DNA from: an uncultured Actinomycetota bacterium
GTDB taxonomy: Bacteria; Actinomycetota; Actinomycetes; S36-B12; UBA10799
Direction of reading: 5' to 3'
NCBI GenBank assembly: GCA_963732355.1
Contig: CAVSZD010000003.1
Location: 76,370 to 140,369 of the forward strand
Length of the DNA stretch: 64,000 nucleotides
A program made the position numbers and the translations under genes. The notes beneath the pieces were generated by a model. That model worked only from the letters and a program-made list of their open reading frames with translations. It was not told the origin of the DNA and searched no databases. Positions 1 through 10,454 of this stretch are shown piece by piece; positions within the stretch are counted from its first letter, which is position 1; every line of letters starts with the position of its first letter.

Positions 1-1
1 A

Positions 2-310
2 CCCAGGGGCACCTTGCTGCCCTACGACCATGACCGGTCCGGCTTCACCGGTCCCCCGGGCCGGGAGTGGGTTTTCGACTACGTGGTGGCGGTGAACTTC
101 AACCGGGTGCCCGGGCGCAGTCCCTTGAACCTCTACCGGCCCAACCCCAAGATCAACGACGGTGGCATCTGGCTGCACGTGTCAGGGCCCGCCGCCACCA
201 GAGGCTGCATATCGGTGAGTCGTAAGCAGATGCGCAAGACCTTGCGGTGGCTGGACCCGGCCGCCGCGCCGGTGATCGTCATGGGTCCAGGTTCCGTGCT
301 GGACAGGTGA
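2..310 (+). CDS. L,D-transpeptidase (YkuD-type) C-terminal part; 5' end lies outside the window
   Basis: Frame is open from base 2. Translation contains GGIWLHVSGPAATRGCISV, the His...(S/T)xGC catalytic signature of YkuD L,D-transpeptidases. Confidence 0.6.
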   Translation, partial: PRGTLLPYDHDRSGFTGPPGREWVFDYVVAVNFNRVPGRSPLNLYRPNPKINDGGIWLHVSGPAATRGCISVSRKQMRKTLRWLDPAAAPVIVMGPGSVLDR

Positions 311-313
311 GCC

Positions 314-1282
314 TCAGGCGGGCAGCGCCTCGACGGTCCGGGGCTGCTCCTGCGGATCTTGGTGAGCAACGGCCATACCGGCTGTGATGGCGGCGGATGC
401 GTAGACGACGACGGTTTCCAGGTACAGGACGAACAGCATCGCGATCGGGGCGGCGAAGGCACCGTACTGAGGTTTGCCCACCGACCATCCGATGATGAAA
501 CTGAGCAGGTACTTCAGAATCTCGATGCCCACCGCGCCGATGAGCGTTCCGGCCAACCGTGGCCCCCTGGACGGACGGATCCCCCCGAGTTGCCCCAGGA
601 TCAGCCACACCACGAGTGCGTTGATGGCCACGGACAGCAACCCGGTGAGCAGGATCAGCAGTATGCGTGTGAAGTCCCCCTCCAGGCCCAAGAAGTCCAG
701 CACCGGTTCGGTGAAGATGCTCACCGCTACGTTCGGGATGAACGAGATAGCGATCAGCGGAGCCAGCAGCATGAGCCAACCCAGCAGGCGCACTTTGCCC
801 AGCACGAAGTTGCGCGGGTCCTTGGGAGCGCCGTAGATCAGGTGGATGGACTTACTGGCCGCTGTGATCGCGCCGCTGCCTGAATACAGCAGCACCAGAA
901 GACCGACTATGGATGTCGTCTGCCCTATCTCCATGAGGGTTTGTGGGGACAGACCTTGGTCACCGATGAGGCCCGGAAATGCGTTGCTGACGCTCTGGGT
1001 GAGCGCGTCGGCCACTCGTTCGCTGCCGAGAACTGCGGTGAGGCCGAATGCGAAAGCCAGCAATGCGAAGACAGACAAGAAGATGTAGTAGGCGGTGCCC
1101 GCGGCGAGCAGGGAAGCATTCGCGTGGCTGAATCGCAGGAACCCCCGGTAGCCGCCGCCAGCATTGGTGCTCTTCTCATCGAGTTTCTGGACCATGGCTT
1201 GGACCGCTTTGGGCTCGGGATCGATGCGCTGTCCCGGTATCGGGGGAGGGACGGCTGCGACGGCCGGGGTTGCGTCGGGCAT
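314..1282 (-). CDS. YihY/BrkB-family integral membrane protein
   Basis: 322-aa multi-TM ORF. FLRFSHANASLLAAGTAYYIFLSVFALL is typical of the YihY/virulence-factor BrkB family. Confidence 0.75.
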   Translation of the reverse strand: MPDATPAVAAVPPPIPGQRIDPEPKAVQAMVQKLDEKSTNAGGGYRGFLRFSHANASLLAAGTAYYIFLSVFALLAFAFGLTAVLGSERVADALTQSVSNAFPGLIGDQGLSPQTLMEIGQTTSIVGLLVLLYSGSGAITAASKSIHLIYGAPKDPRNFVLGKVRLLGWLMLLAPLIAISFIPNVAVSIFTEPVLDFLGLEGDFTRILLILLTGLLSVAINALVVWLILGQLGGIRPSRGPRLAGTLIGAVGIEILKYLLSFIIGWSVGKPQYGAFAAPIAMLFVLYLETVVVYASAAITAGMAVAHQDPQEQPRTVEALPA

Positions 1283-1356
1283 GCGGGTCTCCGATCTCGG
1301 CGGGGGCGCACCAGAGATCGACCGACCTGTTGCACCTGATACGGCAAACTACGCCT

Positions 1357-1659
1357 ATGTCCGCTCCCTTGGGAGCCCGCGTGATCATCGTGGTGCTCGA
1401 AGTGCTCCAGGCACTGTCCCTGCCCGCCTGGCTGTTCGGTGCCGTCTTCGCCGTTTCTGCCCTGGGGGAGGATCGGGCGAATCTCGGGACGTACGTGGCG
1501 GTGGGGGTTCTCTTGTCCTATCCGATCTGGCTCATCGGGCTGGGGGTGGGTTCGTGGATGCAGCTGCGACAAGGGCACACAGGCGTTGCGCTCGCGCTGA
1601 CGGCCCTGGCCAGCCTGCCGTTGCTCTTCTTGCTCGTTCTCACCATCTTCTCCATGTGA
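1357..1659 (+). CDS. small hydrophobic membrane protein, unknown function
   Basis: ATG at 1357 inside the 1270-1659 ORF. Three predicted TM stretches. No family recognised. Confidence 0.35.
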   Translation: MSAPLGARVIIVVLEVLQALSLPAWLFGAVFAVSALGEDRANLGTYVAVGVLLSYPIWLIGLGVGSWMQLRQGHTGVALALTALASLPLLFLLVLTIFSM

Positions 1660-1704
1660 ATCACGCCAGTGGGCGTCATCCAAGGGCCGTCGTATCCTTC
1701 GATC

Positions 1705-2877
1705 ATGCGGATCTTGGCAGCCTCGGTACTGGTCGCCGTCGGCCTTGCCGGTTGCGCCGACCACGACGGCGTCCATGATGAGGTCCCGAGCGCTGCCGAA
1801 AGCCACTCGCAGATGTCGATGGCGCCCACCCCGGATGTCCAGACTGCTGCACTGGAGGCAGGCCGCGGGGAGCGCATCGTAACTGTCGGGGTTCCGGTGG
1901 ACTTTGAGCCTGTGGCACCGCAAGGCGCGACCGATGAATACCGCTGTTTCGTGGTGGACCCGGGGACGAAGTCCGACACCATGATCACGGGCACGCAGTT
2001 CTTGCCGGGCAATCCGGCAATCGTGCACCACTCCATTCTCTACACCGTCTACCCGGAACAACTCCAGGCCGCTGAGCAGCTCGATGCTCAAGACCCGGGG
2101 CCGGGCTATGAGTGCTTCGGTGGGTCGCGGCTGCCATCTCGCGGCGGGATGCTGGCCGGACTCGACCAGGCCGACTGGATCACGGCGTGGGCCCCGGGCG
2201 GCGGACCGAACCTGATGCCCAAGGGCCACGGGATGGCGCTTCCCGCTGGCGGTCGGGTTGTGATCCAGATGCACTACAACCTGCGCTCGGAGCAGGGTGC
2301 CGACTCCACGCAGGTGCGCCTGCGGTTGACCGATGAGAAGCGCAAGCCGCTGACGACCATGCTGCTGCCGGCTCCGGTGGAGTTGCCCTGCGCGCCGGGT
2401 GAATCTGGTCGCCTGTGCCAGCGCACGGACGCCGTCGATGATGTCATCGGTCGCTTCGGATTGGACTCCGGGGCGACCATCGCGGGACTGCAGTTGCTGT
2501 GTGGAGGCGATCCGGACGACCCCCGCGCGGGGTCGGTGCAGAGGTGTGACCGCGTGATCCCCGATGAGCGCACGATCTTCGCCGTCGCGGGGCACATGCA
2601 TCTTCTCGGCCGCGAGATCTCAGTGACCCTGAACCCCGGGCGCGACGACGAGCAGGTGCTGCTCGACATCGACAACTGGGACTTCGACCAGCAGGGTGCG
2701 GTGCCTCTCGAGAAGCCCGCGATGGTCCAGCCCGGCGACATCTTGCGGGTTCGCTGCCGCCACGATGCCGGTCTGCGCTCACAGTTGCCGGCTCTGCAGG
2801 GCACCCCCGCTCGTTACGTTGTCTGGGGCGAGGGGACCACCGACGAGATGTGTCTGGCAATCCTGATCACAGGGTGA
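1705..2877 (+). CDS. lipoprotein resembling copper type II ascorbate-dependent monooxygenases (PHM/DBH-like)
   Basis: ATG at 1705 gives signal peptide MRILAASVLVAVGLAGC with an LAGC lipobox. Ordered motifs AIVHHSILY, VIQMHYN, AGHMHLLG and TDEMCLAIL match the HH..H / HxH..M copper ligands of PHM/DBH. Confidence 0.5.
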   Translation: MRILAASVLVAVGLAGCADHDGVHDEVPSAAESHSQMSMAPTPDVQTAALEAGRGERIVTVGVPVDFEPVAPQGATDEYRCFVVDPGTKSDTMITGTQFLPGNPAIVHHSILYTVYPEQLQAAEQLDAQDPGPGYECFGGSRLPSRGGMLAGLDQADWITAWAPGGGPNLMPKGHGMALPAGGRVVIQMHYNLRSEQGADSTQVRLRLTDEKRKPLTTMLLPAPVELPCAPGESGRLCQRTDAVDDVIGRFGLDSGATIAGLQLLCGGDPDDPRAGSVQRCDRVIPDERTIFAVAGHMHLLGREISVTLNPGRDDEQVLLDIDNWDFDQQGAVPLEKPAMVQPGDILRVRCRHDAGLRSQLPALQGTPARYVVWGEGTTDEMCLAILITG

Positions 2878-2901
2878 TCTCGGCAGCCCTACGATCGGGC
2901 T

Positions 2902-4329
2902 ATGGTCCTGCACACGTTCGGCGATGACGCATTGGGCACTCTGGACATGGTTGGGATCCGCGAAGAACTGGCCGCCGGACGCGTGAGCGCCGCGGAGTTG
3001 AGTGACGCCGCTCGCAAGCGACTCGAACAGGTTGGGTCGCTGAACGCGGTGGTGACGCTGACCGACGGGCAGCAAGGCTCGGACGGTCCATTCGCCGGTA
3101 TCCCGTCGTTCGTGAAGGACAACGAGGACATGCGTGGGTTCCCCACGACATTCGGCTCCCGGGCGATCCCCGACGTACCCGCCAAGGCGGATACCCGACT
3201 GGTGGAGCACTGGCGAGGCCTCGGCTTCGACATCCTGGGCAAGACCGCGCTTCCCGAGTTCGGACTGACGGCTACCACCGAACCCGAGGCGCATGGACCG
3301 ACCCGCAACCCCTGGGACCTCGACCACTCGACGGGTGGATCCTCCGGTGGATCGGCCGCACTGGTGGCTGCGGGGGTGGTGCCCATTTCCCACGCGAACG
3401 ACGGCGGAGGTTCGATCAGGATCCCGGCGTCCTGCTGTGGATTGGTCGGCCTGAAACCCTCCCGAGGCCGCTTGCCCCAGCCCGAGGCGATGGACAAGAT
3501 GCCGGTCAACATCGCCGTCCAGGGAGCAGTGACCCGCAGTGTGCGCGACACCGTCGAGTTCTACCGGGCCATGGCGGTTCGGTTCCCGGGCGTGGGTTTG
3601 CCTCCCATTTCCGCCACCGGCCACATCACCGGCCTGCGGATCGCGATGTTGACCCAAGGTGTGGCAGATCTGCCCGTGGCTCCTGTTGTGCGCGAGGCCG
3701 TCGAGTCGGCAGGGCTGTTGTGCGAGCAACTGGGCCACCATGTCGAGGCGGTGGACAACCCCTTCGGCGACCAGATCGCACGGGACTTCCTGCGGTACTG
3801 GGGGATGCTGGCCTTTGCGTTACGCAGGTTCGGATCGCGACTCTACGGCCCTGACTTCTCCCAGGGTGACCTCGAGGCCTTCACGATCTACCTGGGCGAA
3901 CACTTCGCGTCAGTGGCCACGTCGGTACCGGCATCCTTGCGCCGTCTGCGACGGTTCGACGTCGGGTACGAAGAGGCTCTGGCTGGCTACGACCTCGTGC
4001 TCTCTCCGGTTCTGGCCACACCGCCGGCTCCCATCGGCTACATCGGACCCGACGTTCCTGTGCGAACCCATCTGGTCCGCTTGCTGAGGTACGCGTCGTT
4101 CACGGCGCTGCAGAACGTCTCTGGGGCGCCGGGTATCTCGTTGCCGCTGGCCAGCACCACCACGGGGCTGCCCATCGGCATTCATTTCGCCGCCAGGTGG
4201 GGCCAGGAACAGATGCTGCTGGATCTGGCCGCCCAACTCGAACAAGCCCAACCCTGGCAACGCATAGACCGGGCGGACGTCGGGGGACAGGGCGTAGATT
4301 TACCCGTGGGGGGCGAGAGCTCCCCGTGA
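2902..4329 (+). CDS. amidase (amidase-signature family)
   Basis: 475 aa. [14 protein letters not shown] glycine/serine-rich AS motif and the KDN...GGS(I)R context. Confidence 0.85.
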   Translation: MVLHTFGDDALGTLDMVGIREELAAGRVSAAELSDAARKRLEQVGSLNAVVTLTDGQQGSDGPFAGIPSFVKDNEDMRGFPTTFGSRAIPDVPAKADTRLVEHWRGLGFDILGKTALPEFGLTATTEPEAHGPTRNPWDLDHSTGGSSGGSAALVAAGVVPISHANDGGGSIRIPASCCGLVGLKPSRGRLPQPEAMDKMPVNIAVQGAVTRSVRDTVEFYRAMAVRFPGVGLPPISATGHITGLRIAMLTQGVADLPVAPVVREAVESAGLLCEQLGHHVEAVDNPFGDQIARDFLRYWGMLAFALRRFGSRLYGPDFSQGDLEAFTIYLGEHFASVATSVPASLRRLRRFDVGYEEALAGYDLVLSPVLATPPAPIGYIGPDVPVRTHLVRLLRYASFTALQNVSGAPGISLPLASTTTGLPIGIHFAARWGQEQMLLDLAAQLEQAQPWQRIDRADVGGQGVDLPVGGESSP

Positions 4330-4348
4330 CAACCAGCAGGGAGTTCTG

Positions 4349-5872
4349 ATGGCAACGGTGTCGATGAGTGTGCAGGATGCACTGTGGCTGACCATGGACA
4401 GGCCCAACAACCTAATGGTCGTCGACGGGTCGTTGGTCCTTCGCTCGACTCCGGACATCGACGACATCCGTGAGATCTTCGCTGGCGCCGTTGAGCGATT
4501 TCCAGTTCTGGGCCGCAAGGCGGTGAAGTCCGGGCTGGGCTGGGCCTGGCAGGATGACCCGGATTTCAACCTCGATCGCCATGTCCACGTCGTGGAGCTG
4601 GATGAAGGCATGGGCGTGGCCGATCTGCAGCGGTTCATGGCCGAGCAGCGCTCGCAGCCCTTGCCCAAGGATCGTCCGCTGTGGACCGGTTTCCTGGTGA
4701 CGCCGTTGACGCTTGCCGACGGGACGCAAGGGTCAGCAGTCATGACGCGGTTCCACCATGCGATCGCCGACGGCGTGCGCCTGACCCAGTTGCTGCTGGG
4801 CATGTGCGAGTCGGAGAAGGCCGAGGTCGGGGCGCGCGTCGCGCGTAAGGGCGTCGAGGCCACCGAGGCAGCCAGCCCTCCCGAGGAGATGGGACGGGTA
4901 GCGGCGCATGCGGCCGAGGAGGTCGCGCACGTGGTGGAGGCTGGTGTTGAAGGTGCGGCCCATGAGGCCGCAAACGCACTGCGTAATCCGCTGTCCGCAC
5001 TGGCCCACTTGCCGGGTCGCGCGCTGGGGGTGGCCAAGGCCGGAGTGCATCAGGTCGATCAGGGCTGGTCTTTGGTGCGCCACCCGGACCGGCTACTGGA
5101 CGCTCTCGAGGTGCTCGGTGCCGAGCAACACCGGAGCCTCAACGACCTGTCGTCGGTCACCAAGATCGCCCTGGCCAATTCCGATGAGACCCTCTGGAGC
5201 GGCAAGCCCGGGACCGAGAAGGCACTGGCGTGGTCGCAGGCTGTGCCCATCGACGACGTCAAAGCCATCGGCCGGGCGGCTGGGGCGACGCTCAACGACG
5301 TGCTGCTCAGTGCGATCTCAGGAGGTCTGCAGCGCTTCCTCACCGAGCACGGGGAGTCCTTGGAGGAGGTCTCCTGGATGGTACCGGTCAATCTGAAGCC
5401 GTTCGAGGACAACCTGCCGCCGGACCTGGGCAACTATTTCGCGTTGGTGTTCCTGCCGATGCCGCTGGACGAAGCCGACCCCCGGACCCGCCTGGAACAG
5501 ATGCACCACCGCATGGTGCGGATCAAGAACTCCGACGAAGCGGTACTGACGTTCGGCTTGCAGCGCATGGTTTCCATGTCGCCGAGCCAGATCGCCTTCT
5601 TCCTCACCAACTTCTTCGCCAACAAGGCCGTGGGCGTGCTCACCAACGTGCCCGGGCCGACGGGTCTGCTGCGGTTCGCGGGGGCGGACGTGGACCAGGT
5701 CGTCGGTTTCGCGCCCTGCTCGGGCAACCAGCCGATGACCGCCACGATCTTCAGCTACAACGGGGCGGTGACCATCGGGTTCGCCACCGACGCCGGGCTG
5801 CTGCCCGACCCAGAGGTCCTCGTGGCGTACGTGATGGACGAGGTCACGAGGATGCGCGAGGAAATTCTCTAG
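4349..5872 (+). CDS. wax ester synthase/diacylglycerol acyltransferase (WS/DGAT)
   Basis: 507 aa. HHAIADG active-site motif (HHxxxDG). Length and C-terminal NVPGP motif are typical of actinobacterial WS/DGAT. Confidence 0.85.
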   Translation: MATVSMSVQDALWLTMDRPNNLMVVDGSLVLRSTPDIDDIREIFAGAVERFPVLGRKAVKSGLGWAWQDDPDFNLDRHVHVVELDEGMGVADLQRFMAEQRSQPLPKDRPLWTGFLVTPLTLADGTQGSAVMTRFHHAIADGVRLTQLLLGMCESEKAEVGARVARKGVEATEAASPPEEMGRVAAHAAEEVAHVVEAGVEGAAHEAANALRNPLSALAHLPGRALGVAKAGVHQVDQGWSLVRHPDRLLDALEVLGAEQHRSLNDLSSVTKIALANSDETLWSGKPGTEKALAWSQAVPIDDVKAIGRAAGATLNDVLLSAISGGLQRFLTEHGESLEEVSWMVPVNLKPFEDNLPPDLGNYFALVFLPMPLDEADPRTRLEQMHHRMVRIKNSDEAVLTFGLQRMVSMSPSQIAFFLTNFFANKAVGVLTNVPGPTGLLRFAGADVDQVVGFAPCSGNQPMTATIFSYNGAVTIGFATDAGLLPDPEVLVAYVMDEVTRMREEIL

Positions 5873-5945
5873 TCCTGGGGCTCGCCTGACACCGGATGGC
5901 GAATGCAGCAATTGCGGGTCAGAACGCGTCTGACAGACTGGCGAA

Positions 5946-7004
5946 ATGATGCTTCCTGCTGCCGCGGTCAGCGGCGGTGAACCCACGCTGTTCGTCCCAG
6001 CCTGGATGTGGGCCCTGACGGTTGGGATCGTGGTGGTCCTCATCACCTTCGAGTTCATCCAGGCGACCCGCAACCCCCATGAGGTGCAGATCCGGGAGGC
6101 GGCGGTCCAGTCGGTCATCTACGTGGCCATCGCGATCGCATTCGGTGTCTTCTTCGCGTGGTGGAGTGCCGATCAGACGCCGGCCAACGGCGGATCCTTC
6201 GGCTTGGAGTACTTCGCCGGGTGGCTGATCGAGAAGAGCCTGTCGGTCGACAACCTCTTCGTGTTCGTGATCATCATGAGCGCGTTCGCCGTGCCCAAGA
6301 TCTACCAGCAGAAGGTCCTCATGGCGGGGATCGCCGGGGCGCTGGTCCTGCGCACGATATTCATCTTCGTCGGTGCCGCCGCCCTGCAGGCGTTCAGTTT
6401 CACCTACGTCGTTTTCGGAGCGTTTCTGATCTACACGGCGATCGGGCTCGCACGTCATCGCGATGAGGATCCGGAGTTCAGCGAGGGCAAGGTCGTCAAG
6501 CTGGCCAAGCGGTTCCTCCCGTTCACCGATGAGTACGACGGACCGCATCTGCACACCCGGATCAACGGCAAGTTCTACGGCACCCCGCTGCTGATGGTGA
6601 TGATCGCCATCTTCGCCACGGACATCATCTTCGCCCTGGACTCGATCCCGGCGGTCTACGGCGTGACCAATGAACCTTTCATCGTCTTCGCAGCCAATGC
6701 CTTTGCCCTGTTGGGTCTGCGGGCTTTGTACTTCCTGGTCGCGGGTCTGCTGGACCGACTGGTCTACCTCTCCTTGGGCCTGGCGGTCATCCTCGCGTTC
6801 ATCGGGGTGAAACTGATCCTGGTGTTCTTCGACATCCACATCGACATCTGGTTGTCCCTGGCGTTCATCATCGGGATCCTGATCATCACCACGGTCGCCT
6901 CGCTCATCAAGGTTCGAAAGGATCCTTCAGCGATCGCTCACGCGGGCACGATCCCCGGCTTCGATTCCACCAAGGAGAAGCCCAAGGGCACGCCTGAGGC
7001 CTAA
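5946..7004 (+). CDS. TerC-family integral membrane protein
   Basis: 352 aa, multi-TM. EKSLSVDNLFVF and ALDSIPAV motifs are characteristic of TerC. Confidence 0.8.
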   Translation: MMLPAAAVSGGEPTLFVPAWMWALTVGIVVVLITFEFIQATRNPHEVQIREAAVQSVIYVAIAIAFGVFFAWWSADQTPANGGSFGLEYFAGWLIEKSLSVDNLFVFVIIMSAFAVPKIYQQKVLMAGIAGALVLRTIFIFVGAAALQAFSFTYVVFGAFLIYTAIGLARHRDEDPEFSEGKVVKLAKRFLPFTDEYDGPHLHTRINGKFYGTPLLMVMIAIFATDIIFALDSIPAVYGVTNEPFIVFAANAFALLGLRALYFLVAGLLDRLVYLSLGLAVILAFIGVKLILVFFDIHIDIWLSLAFIIGILIITTVASLIKVRKDPSAIAHAGTIPGFDSTKEKPKGTPEA

Positions 7005-7005
7005 A

Positions 7006-7305
7006 TCACAGCATCCGGATCACGGCAGCGGTTGCGGCACCGACGAAGACGACCACCAGGAACGGCGCACGTAGGAGTAGAGCCACCGCTGCCGCGCCCA
7101 CCGCTGCGACCCGGGCATCGATGACGATCGCTTGACCGTCTGCGAGGGTGACCACTGCCAGCAGCGCTGACAGAAGAGCCACCGGGAACATCGGCACCAG
7201 CGCTGCTACGACACGGTTCTCAAGCAGACGTTCCGGAACCACGAATCCGAGCAGCTTGAGCAGGTAGCAAGCGACACTGCCGGCAATCACGGCCGCCCAG
7301 ATCAC
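7006..7305 (-). CDS. azlD: AzlD-like branched-chain amino acid transport protein
   Basis: GTG at 7305 overlaps the azlC stop (GTGA). About 100-aa hydrophobic protein immediately downstream of azlC. Confidence 0.7.
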   Translation of the reverse strand: MIWAAVIAGSVACYLLKLLGFVVPERLLENRVVAALVPMFPVALLSALLAVVTLADGQAIVIDARVAAVGAAAVALLLRAPFLVVVFVGAATAAVIRML

Positions 7306-8006
7306 TTGGCCCCCTTGAGAAACAGCAGTGGGACCAGTGCCGCGCAGAGCACCGGTAGGCCGACCGACAGCACCGGTGTCATGGCGACCCCCACCACGGC
7401 AGCCACCAGCGCGACTCCCAGCAAGCGACGGCTCGTGATCTGCGGCCAAAGAAGGGCGAGGAAGGCCGCGGGTACGGCCGCATCAAGACCCCAGCGGGTC
7501 GGATCGCCGATGCTGCTCGCCCCGATCGCACCTACGAGGGTGCCGATATTCCACAGCACGAAGACGCTCAACCCTGTGGTCCAGAAGGCCAGGGCGGGCC
7601 GCGGGACAGGACGGTCGTAGTGCGCAAGCGCCATCGCGGAAGACTCGTCGATCGTCATCTGCGCGGCCAGCCCGGACATCGCGGGCGAGGGTTGCAGGAT
7701 CTGACGCATTCGCAGTCCGTAGAAGAGGTTGCGCGCCCCGAGCAGTGCGCCACTGGCCACCGCGGCCATCGCGGAGCCGCCGCCGGCTAATACCGAAACC
7801 AAGGCGAACTGGGAGGCCCCGGTGAACATCAGGACGCTGAGGGTCACTGTCTGCCACAGGTTCAATCCGGAGGTCACTGCCAGTGCCCCGAACGGGATCG
7901 CGTACGCACCAGTGGTCAGCCCGATCGTGAGGGCCTCGATGACGACGCCGCGAGGTGTGTCGTCGGGGCTCTCCACGCGAGGATTCGGGGCTTCGCTGGG
8001 TTGCAT
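7302..8006 (-). CDS. azlC: AzlC-family branched-chain amino acid permease component
   Basis: 234-aa membrane ORF. GAYAIPFGALAV...MFTGASQFALV is typical of AzlC. Confidence 0.8.
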   Translation of the reverse strand: MQPSEAPNPRVESPDDTPRGVVIEALTIGLTTGAYAIPFGALAVTSGLNLWQTVTLSVLMFTGASQFALVSVLAGGGSAMAAVASGALLGARNLFYGLRMRQILQPSPAMSGLAAQMTIDESSAMALAHYDRPVPRPALAFWTTGLSVFVLWNIGTLVGAIGASSIGDPTRWGLDAAVPAAFLALLWPQITSRRLLGVALVAAVVGVAMTPVLSVGLPVLCAALVPLLFLKGAK

Positions 8007-8043
8007 GGGCGCAGTATCTCAGCGCCTGGGTACCGTTGATCCC

Positions 8044-9174
8044 ATGGTGGGCGTGCTGGTCGCAGGTGCTGCGACCGTCCTCGGGCTGGCCGCATTGGCG
8101 GCGCCTTCGGCACCCATGGCCGACGACGGCGATGTCAGTGGCTTTAGCGCTGCACCGCGGCAGAGCGCTGTCGATGCTGATTTCTACTTAGTGGATGCGT
8201 CGGGCAACTGGGCTGCGCCGCGGTGCGTGGGTGATGGCAGCAGTGGCCCCCGGGTGCAACCGGTATTCGTCTACAGGCAGGGATCCAACAACCGCTACCG
8301 GCAGTTCCGTACGGTTCTGCAGAGGTCCTTGTCGCTGACCACGGGCATCTTCGAACGCTCGTCCAACACCCGCAGGACCGTGCGGTGGGCCCACGACGAC
8401 TCCTGTCGACCAGTGATCTGGCAGGTGGGGGTGCCCTCCTCGGTGAGCCACAACCTCGTGGATCTGCGTGACTATCTGAAGTCCGCCCAGCCTCGGTTCC
8501 GCAACCCCGACCGCGTCTTCTCGCTCTGGGTGGATTCGACGACCAGCCCGGAGTGGTCCGGGCTCGGCGATGACCGCTGGTCGGCCACGTGGAGTTCCTC
8601 CTGGGGTTTCGTGTGGGTCGATGCCCACGAGATGGTCCACGCCATGGGTGCCCTGCGCGCAGACGCCCCCCACTCGACGGGTAAGGGTCACTGCTACGAC
8701 GCCTACGACGTGATGTGTTACCGGGACAACGGTCCGTCGTGGCGCAAGCTGATCGTCTGCCCAGACCCCTCGTCGCAGTACCGGCTGGACTGCGGCAACG
8801 ACGACTACTTCGCTGTCAAGCCGCGCAAGGGTTCGTGGCTGGCGAGGAACCCGGGCGCCAACGTGGCCCGCTCGCGGTTCCTGGCGAAGGTGCCGGCGCG
8901 CACGCTGCCCGCTGAGCCGGGTCCGCCCGAGGATGTCGTCAGGGACACGGTCAGCGTGCGTTGGTCGGTTCAACCCGCGACCAGGTACGACGTGGGGGTC
9001 ACCGACGGGGACGGCAGCGTCGCGTGGCTGGCCCAGGACACCGTCACCGGGAATGTGGCGACATGGGAGGTGCCGACCACCAGTCGGGTCTTCGTTCGGG
9101 CGGTCAATGACGCGGGATATTCCAAACGGGTGCGGGCCAGCATGAGTGTCGTGCCTTTCGCGCCCACCAGGTGA
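8044..9174 (+). CDS. secreted HExxH zinc-metalloprotease-like protein with C-terminal fibronectin-III-like domain
   Basis: An internal ATG at 8044 gives a signal peptide (MVGVLVAGAATVLGLAALAAPSAPMA). HEMVHAMG zinc-binding motif. The C-terminal roughly 90 aa is FN3-like (VSVRWSV...YDVGV...VFVRAVNDAGYS). The upstream part of the 7729 ORF is antisense to azlC. Confidence 0.5.
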   Translation: MVGVLVAGAATVLGLAALAAPSAPMADDGDVSGFSAAPRQSAVDADFYLVDASGNWAAPRCVGDGSSGPRVQPVFVYRQGSNNRYRQFRTVLQRSLSLTTGIFERSSNTRRTVRWAHDDSCRPVIWQVGVPSSVSHNLVDLRDYLKSAQPRFRNPDRVFSLWVDSTTSPEWSGLGDDRWSATWSSSWGFVWVDAHEMVHAMGALRADAPHSTGKGHCYDAYDVMCYRDNGPSWRKLIVCPDPSSQYRLDCGNDDYFAVKPRKGSWLARNPGANVARSRFLAKVPARTLPAEPGPPEDVVRDTVSVRWSVQPATRYDVGVTDGDGSVAWLAQDTVTGNVATWEVPTTSRVFVRAVNDAGYSKRVRASMSVVPFAPTR

Positions 9175-9188
9175 CTTACCGTGGATGA

Positions 9189-9860
9189 GTGAAAAGGCTG
9201 GTTCTTGGTGTTCTGGGGGCGTTGATCGGCCTCGTGGGTCTGGCGCTCATGGGTGCGGCGTCGATGATTCTGGCTCTGTTCGGGACCGATGGTCAGGCGG
9301 AGATCCCGATTGGGGACGTGCAGGCGGCACAGGGGCGCGCGATCGTGCTCACCGACTTCCAGATCAGCACGTCGACCGCTCTGCCCCTCGATGAGTCATG
9401 GTTCGATCTGCAGGTAGAGGTCAGCGGCGACGAACCGCTGTTCGTAGGGGTCGCGCCCAAGGCGGACTCTCTGGACTACCTGCGCGGCGTGCCCTACCTG
9501 CTGATCACCGGGATCGACAGTTCTGCAGACGACCTCGATTCCACCCAGATCCCCGGTGACGCCACACCCGCTCCGGCCAGGCAACAGACGTTCTGGACCG
9601 ATCAGCAGCAGGGCAGCGATGTTGTGGTGGGATGGCCGGTCAGTGACACCAACACGACCCTGGTGGTCATGAACGAGGACGGCAGTCAGGTTGTGGCTGC
9701 CGACGTCGGCGTGCGGGTGACGGTTGGCTGGGCCAGCGCGGCGGCCATCGGCATGCTGGTGGCGGGTCTGGTGGTCATCGTGGTGGCGATCTTCGTGTTG
9801 GTCCTGGCCTTCCGGTCATCGGACAAGGACGCGATGGGTCCCAGCGGCACGAGGGCCTAG
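9189..9860 (+). CDS. membrane-anchored hypothetical protein (N- and C-terminal TM helices)
   Basis: 223-aa ORF with a GTG start and TM segments at both ends. No family recognised. Confidence 0.4.
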   Translation: MKRLVLGVLGALIGLVGLALMGAASMILALFGTDGQAEIPIGDVQAAQGRAIVLTDFQISTSTALPLDESWFDLQVEVSGDEPLFVGVAPKADSLDYLRGVPYLLITGIDSSADDLDSTQIPGDATPAPARQQTFWTDQQQGSDVVVGWPVSDTNTTLVVMNEDGSQVVAADVGVRVTVGWASAAAIGMLVAGLVVIVVAIFVLVLAFRSSDKDAMGPSGTRA

Positions 9861-9869
9861 GCTGGGCGG

Positions 9870-10454
9870 GTGGATGTTCAGGAGACCCAGGTCCAGACCG
9901 ATCGGATCCTAACGTTCCCTAACGTGTTGTCTGCGTTGCGTCTGCTGGGCGTACCGCTTTTCCTTTGGCTGATCCTGGTCCCGGAGGCTGACGGGTGGGC
10001 GGTTCTGCTGCTCATGGTCTCTGGCTTCACGGACTGGCTGGATGGGTACCTGGCCCGCAAGTGGAACCAGATCACCCGCGTCGGTCAGCTGCTCGACCCC
10101 ATTGCGGATCGTCTCTACATCCTGGCCACTCTCGTGGGCCTGCTCATCCGGGGGATCATCCCCTTGTGGTTCGTGGTGCTTCTTGTCTCCCGCGACCTGG
10201 TGCTGGCCGTTGTGCTGGCCATCCTGAAACGGCGCGGGATCACCGGTCTGCCGGTGCATTTCCTGGGCAAGGCCGCTACCTTCTGCCTGCTGTACGCGTT
10301 TCCGCTGCTCCTGCTCGGTGCCGGATCGACGTGGTTCGCCGAGGCGGCCAACATCCTCGGGTGGGCCTTCGCCGTCTGGGGAACCGCACTGTACTGGTGG
10401 GCCGGCGCGCTCTACATCGGCCAGGCGCGGCGCATCATGGCCTCAGCACCGTGA
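9870..10454 (+). CDS. CDP-alcohol phosphatidyltransferase (PgsA2/cardiolipin-synthase-like)
   Basis: DWLDGYLARKWNQITRVGQLLDPIADR matches the DGx2ARx8Gx3Dx3D motif. It sits upstream of the DUF881-sbp-DUF881-gcvH block, as in other actinobacteria. Confidence 0.8.
   Translation: MDVQETQVQTDRILTFPNVLSALRLLGVPLFLWLILVPEADGWAVLLLMVSGFTDWLDGYLARKWNQITRVGQLLDPIADRLYILATLVGLLIRGIIPLWFVVLLVSRDLVLAVVLAILKRRGITGLPVHFLGKAATFCLLYAFPLLLLGAGSTWFAEAANILGWAFAVWGTALYWWAGALYIGQARRIMASAP

Noticed and set aside
925-2601. 558-aa ORF on the - strand
   Set aside because: It lies antisense to, or overlaps, the YihY gene, a small membrane protein and the monooxygenase-like lipoprotein. Arg/Pro/Gly-rich translation with no motifs. 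GC-rich shadow ORF.
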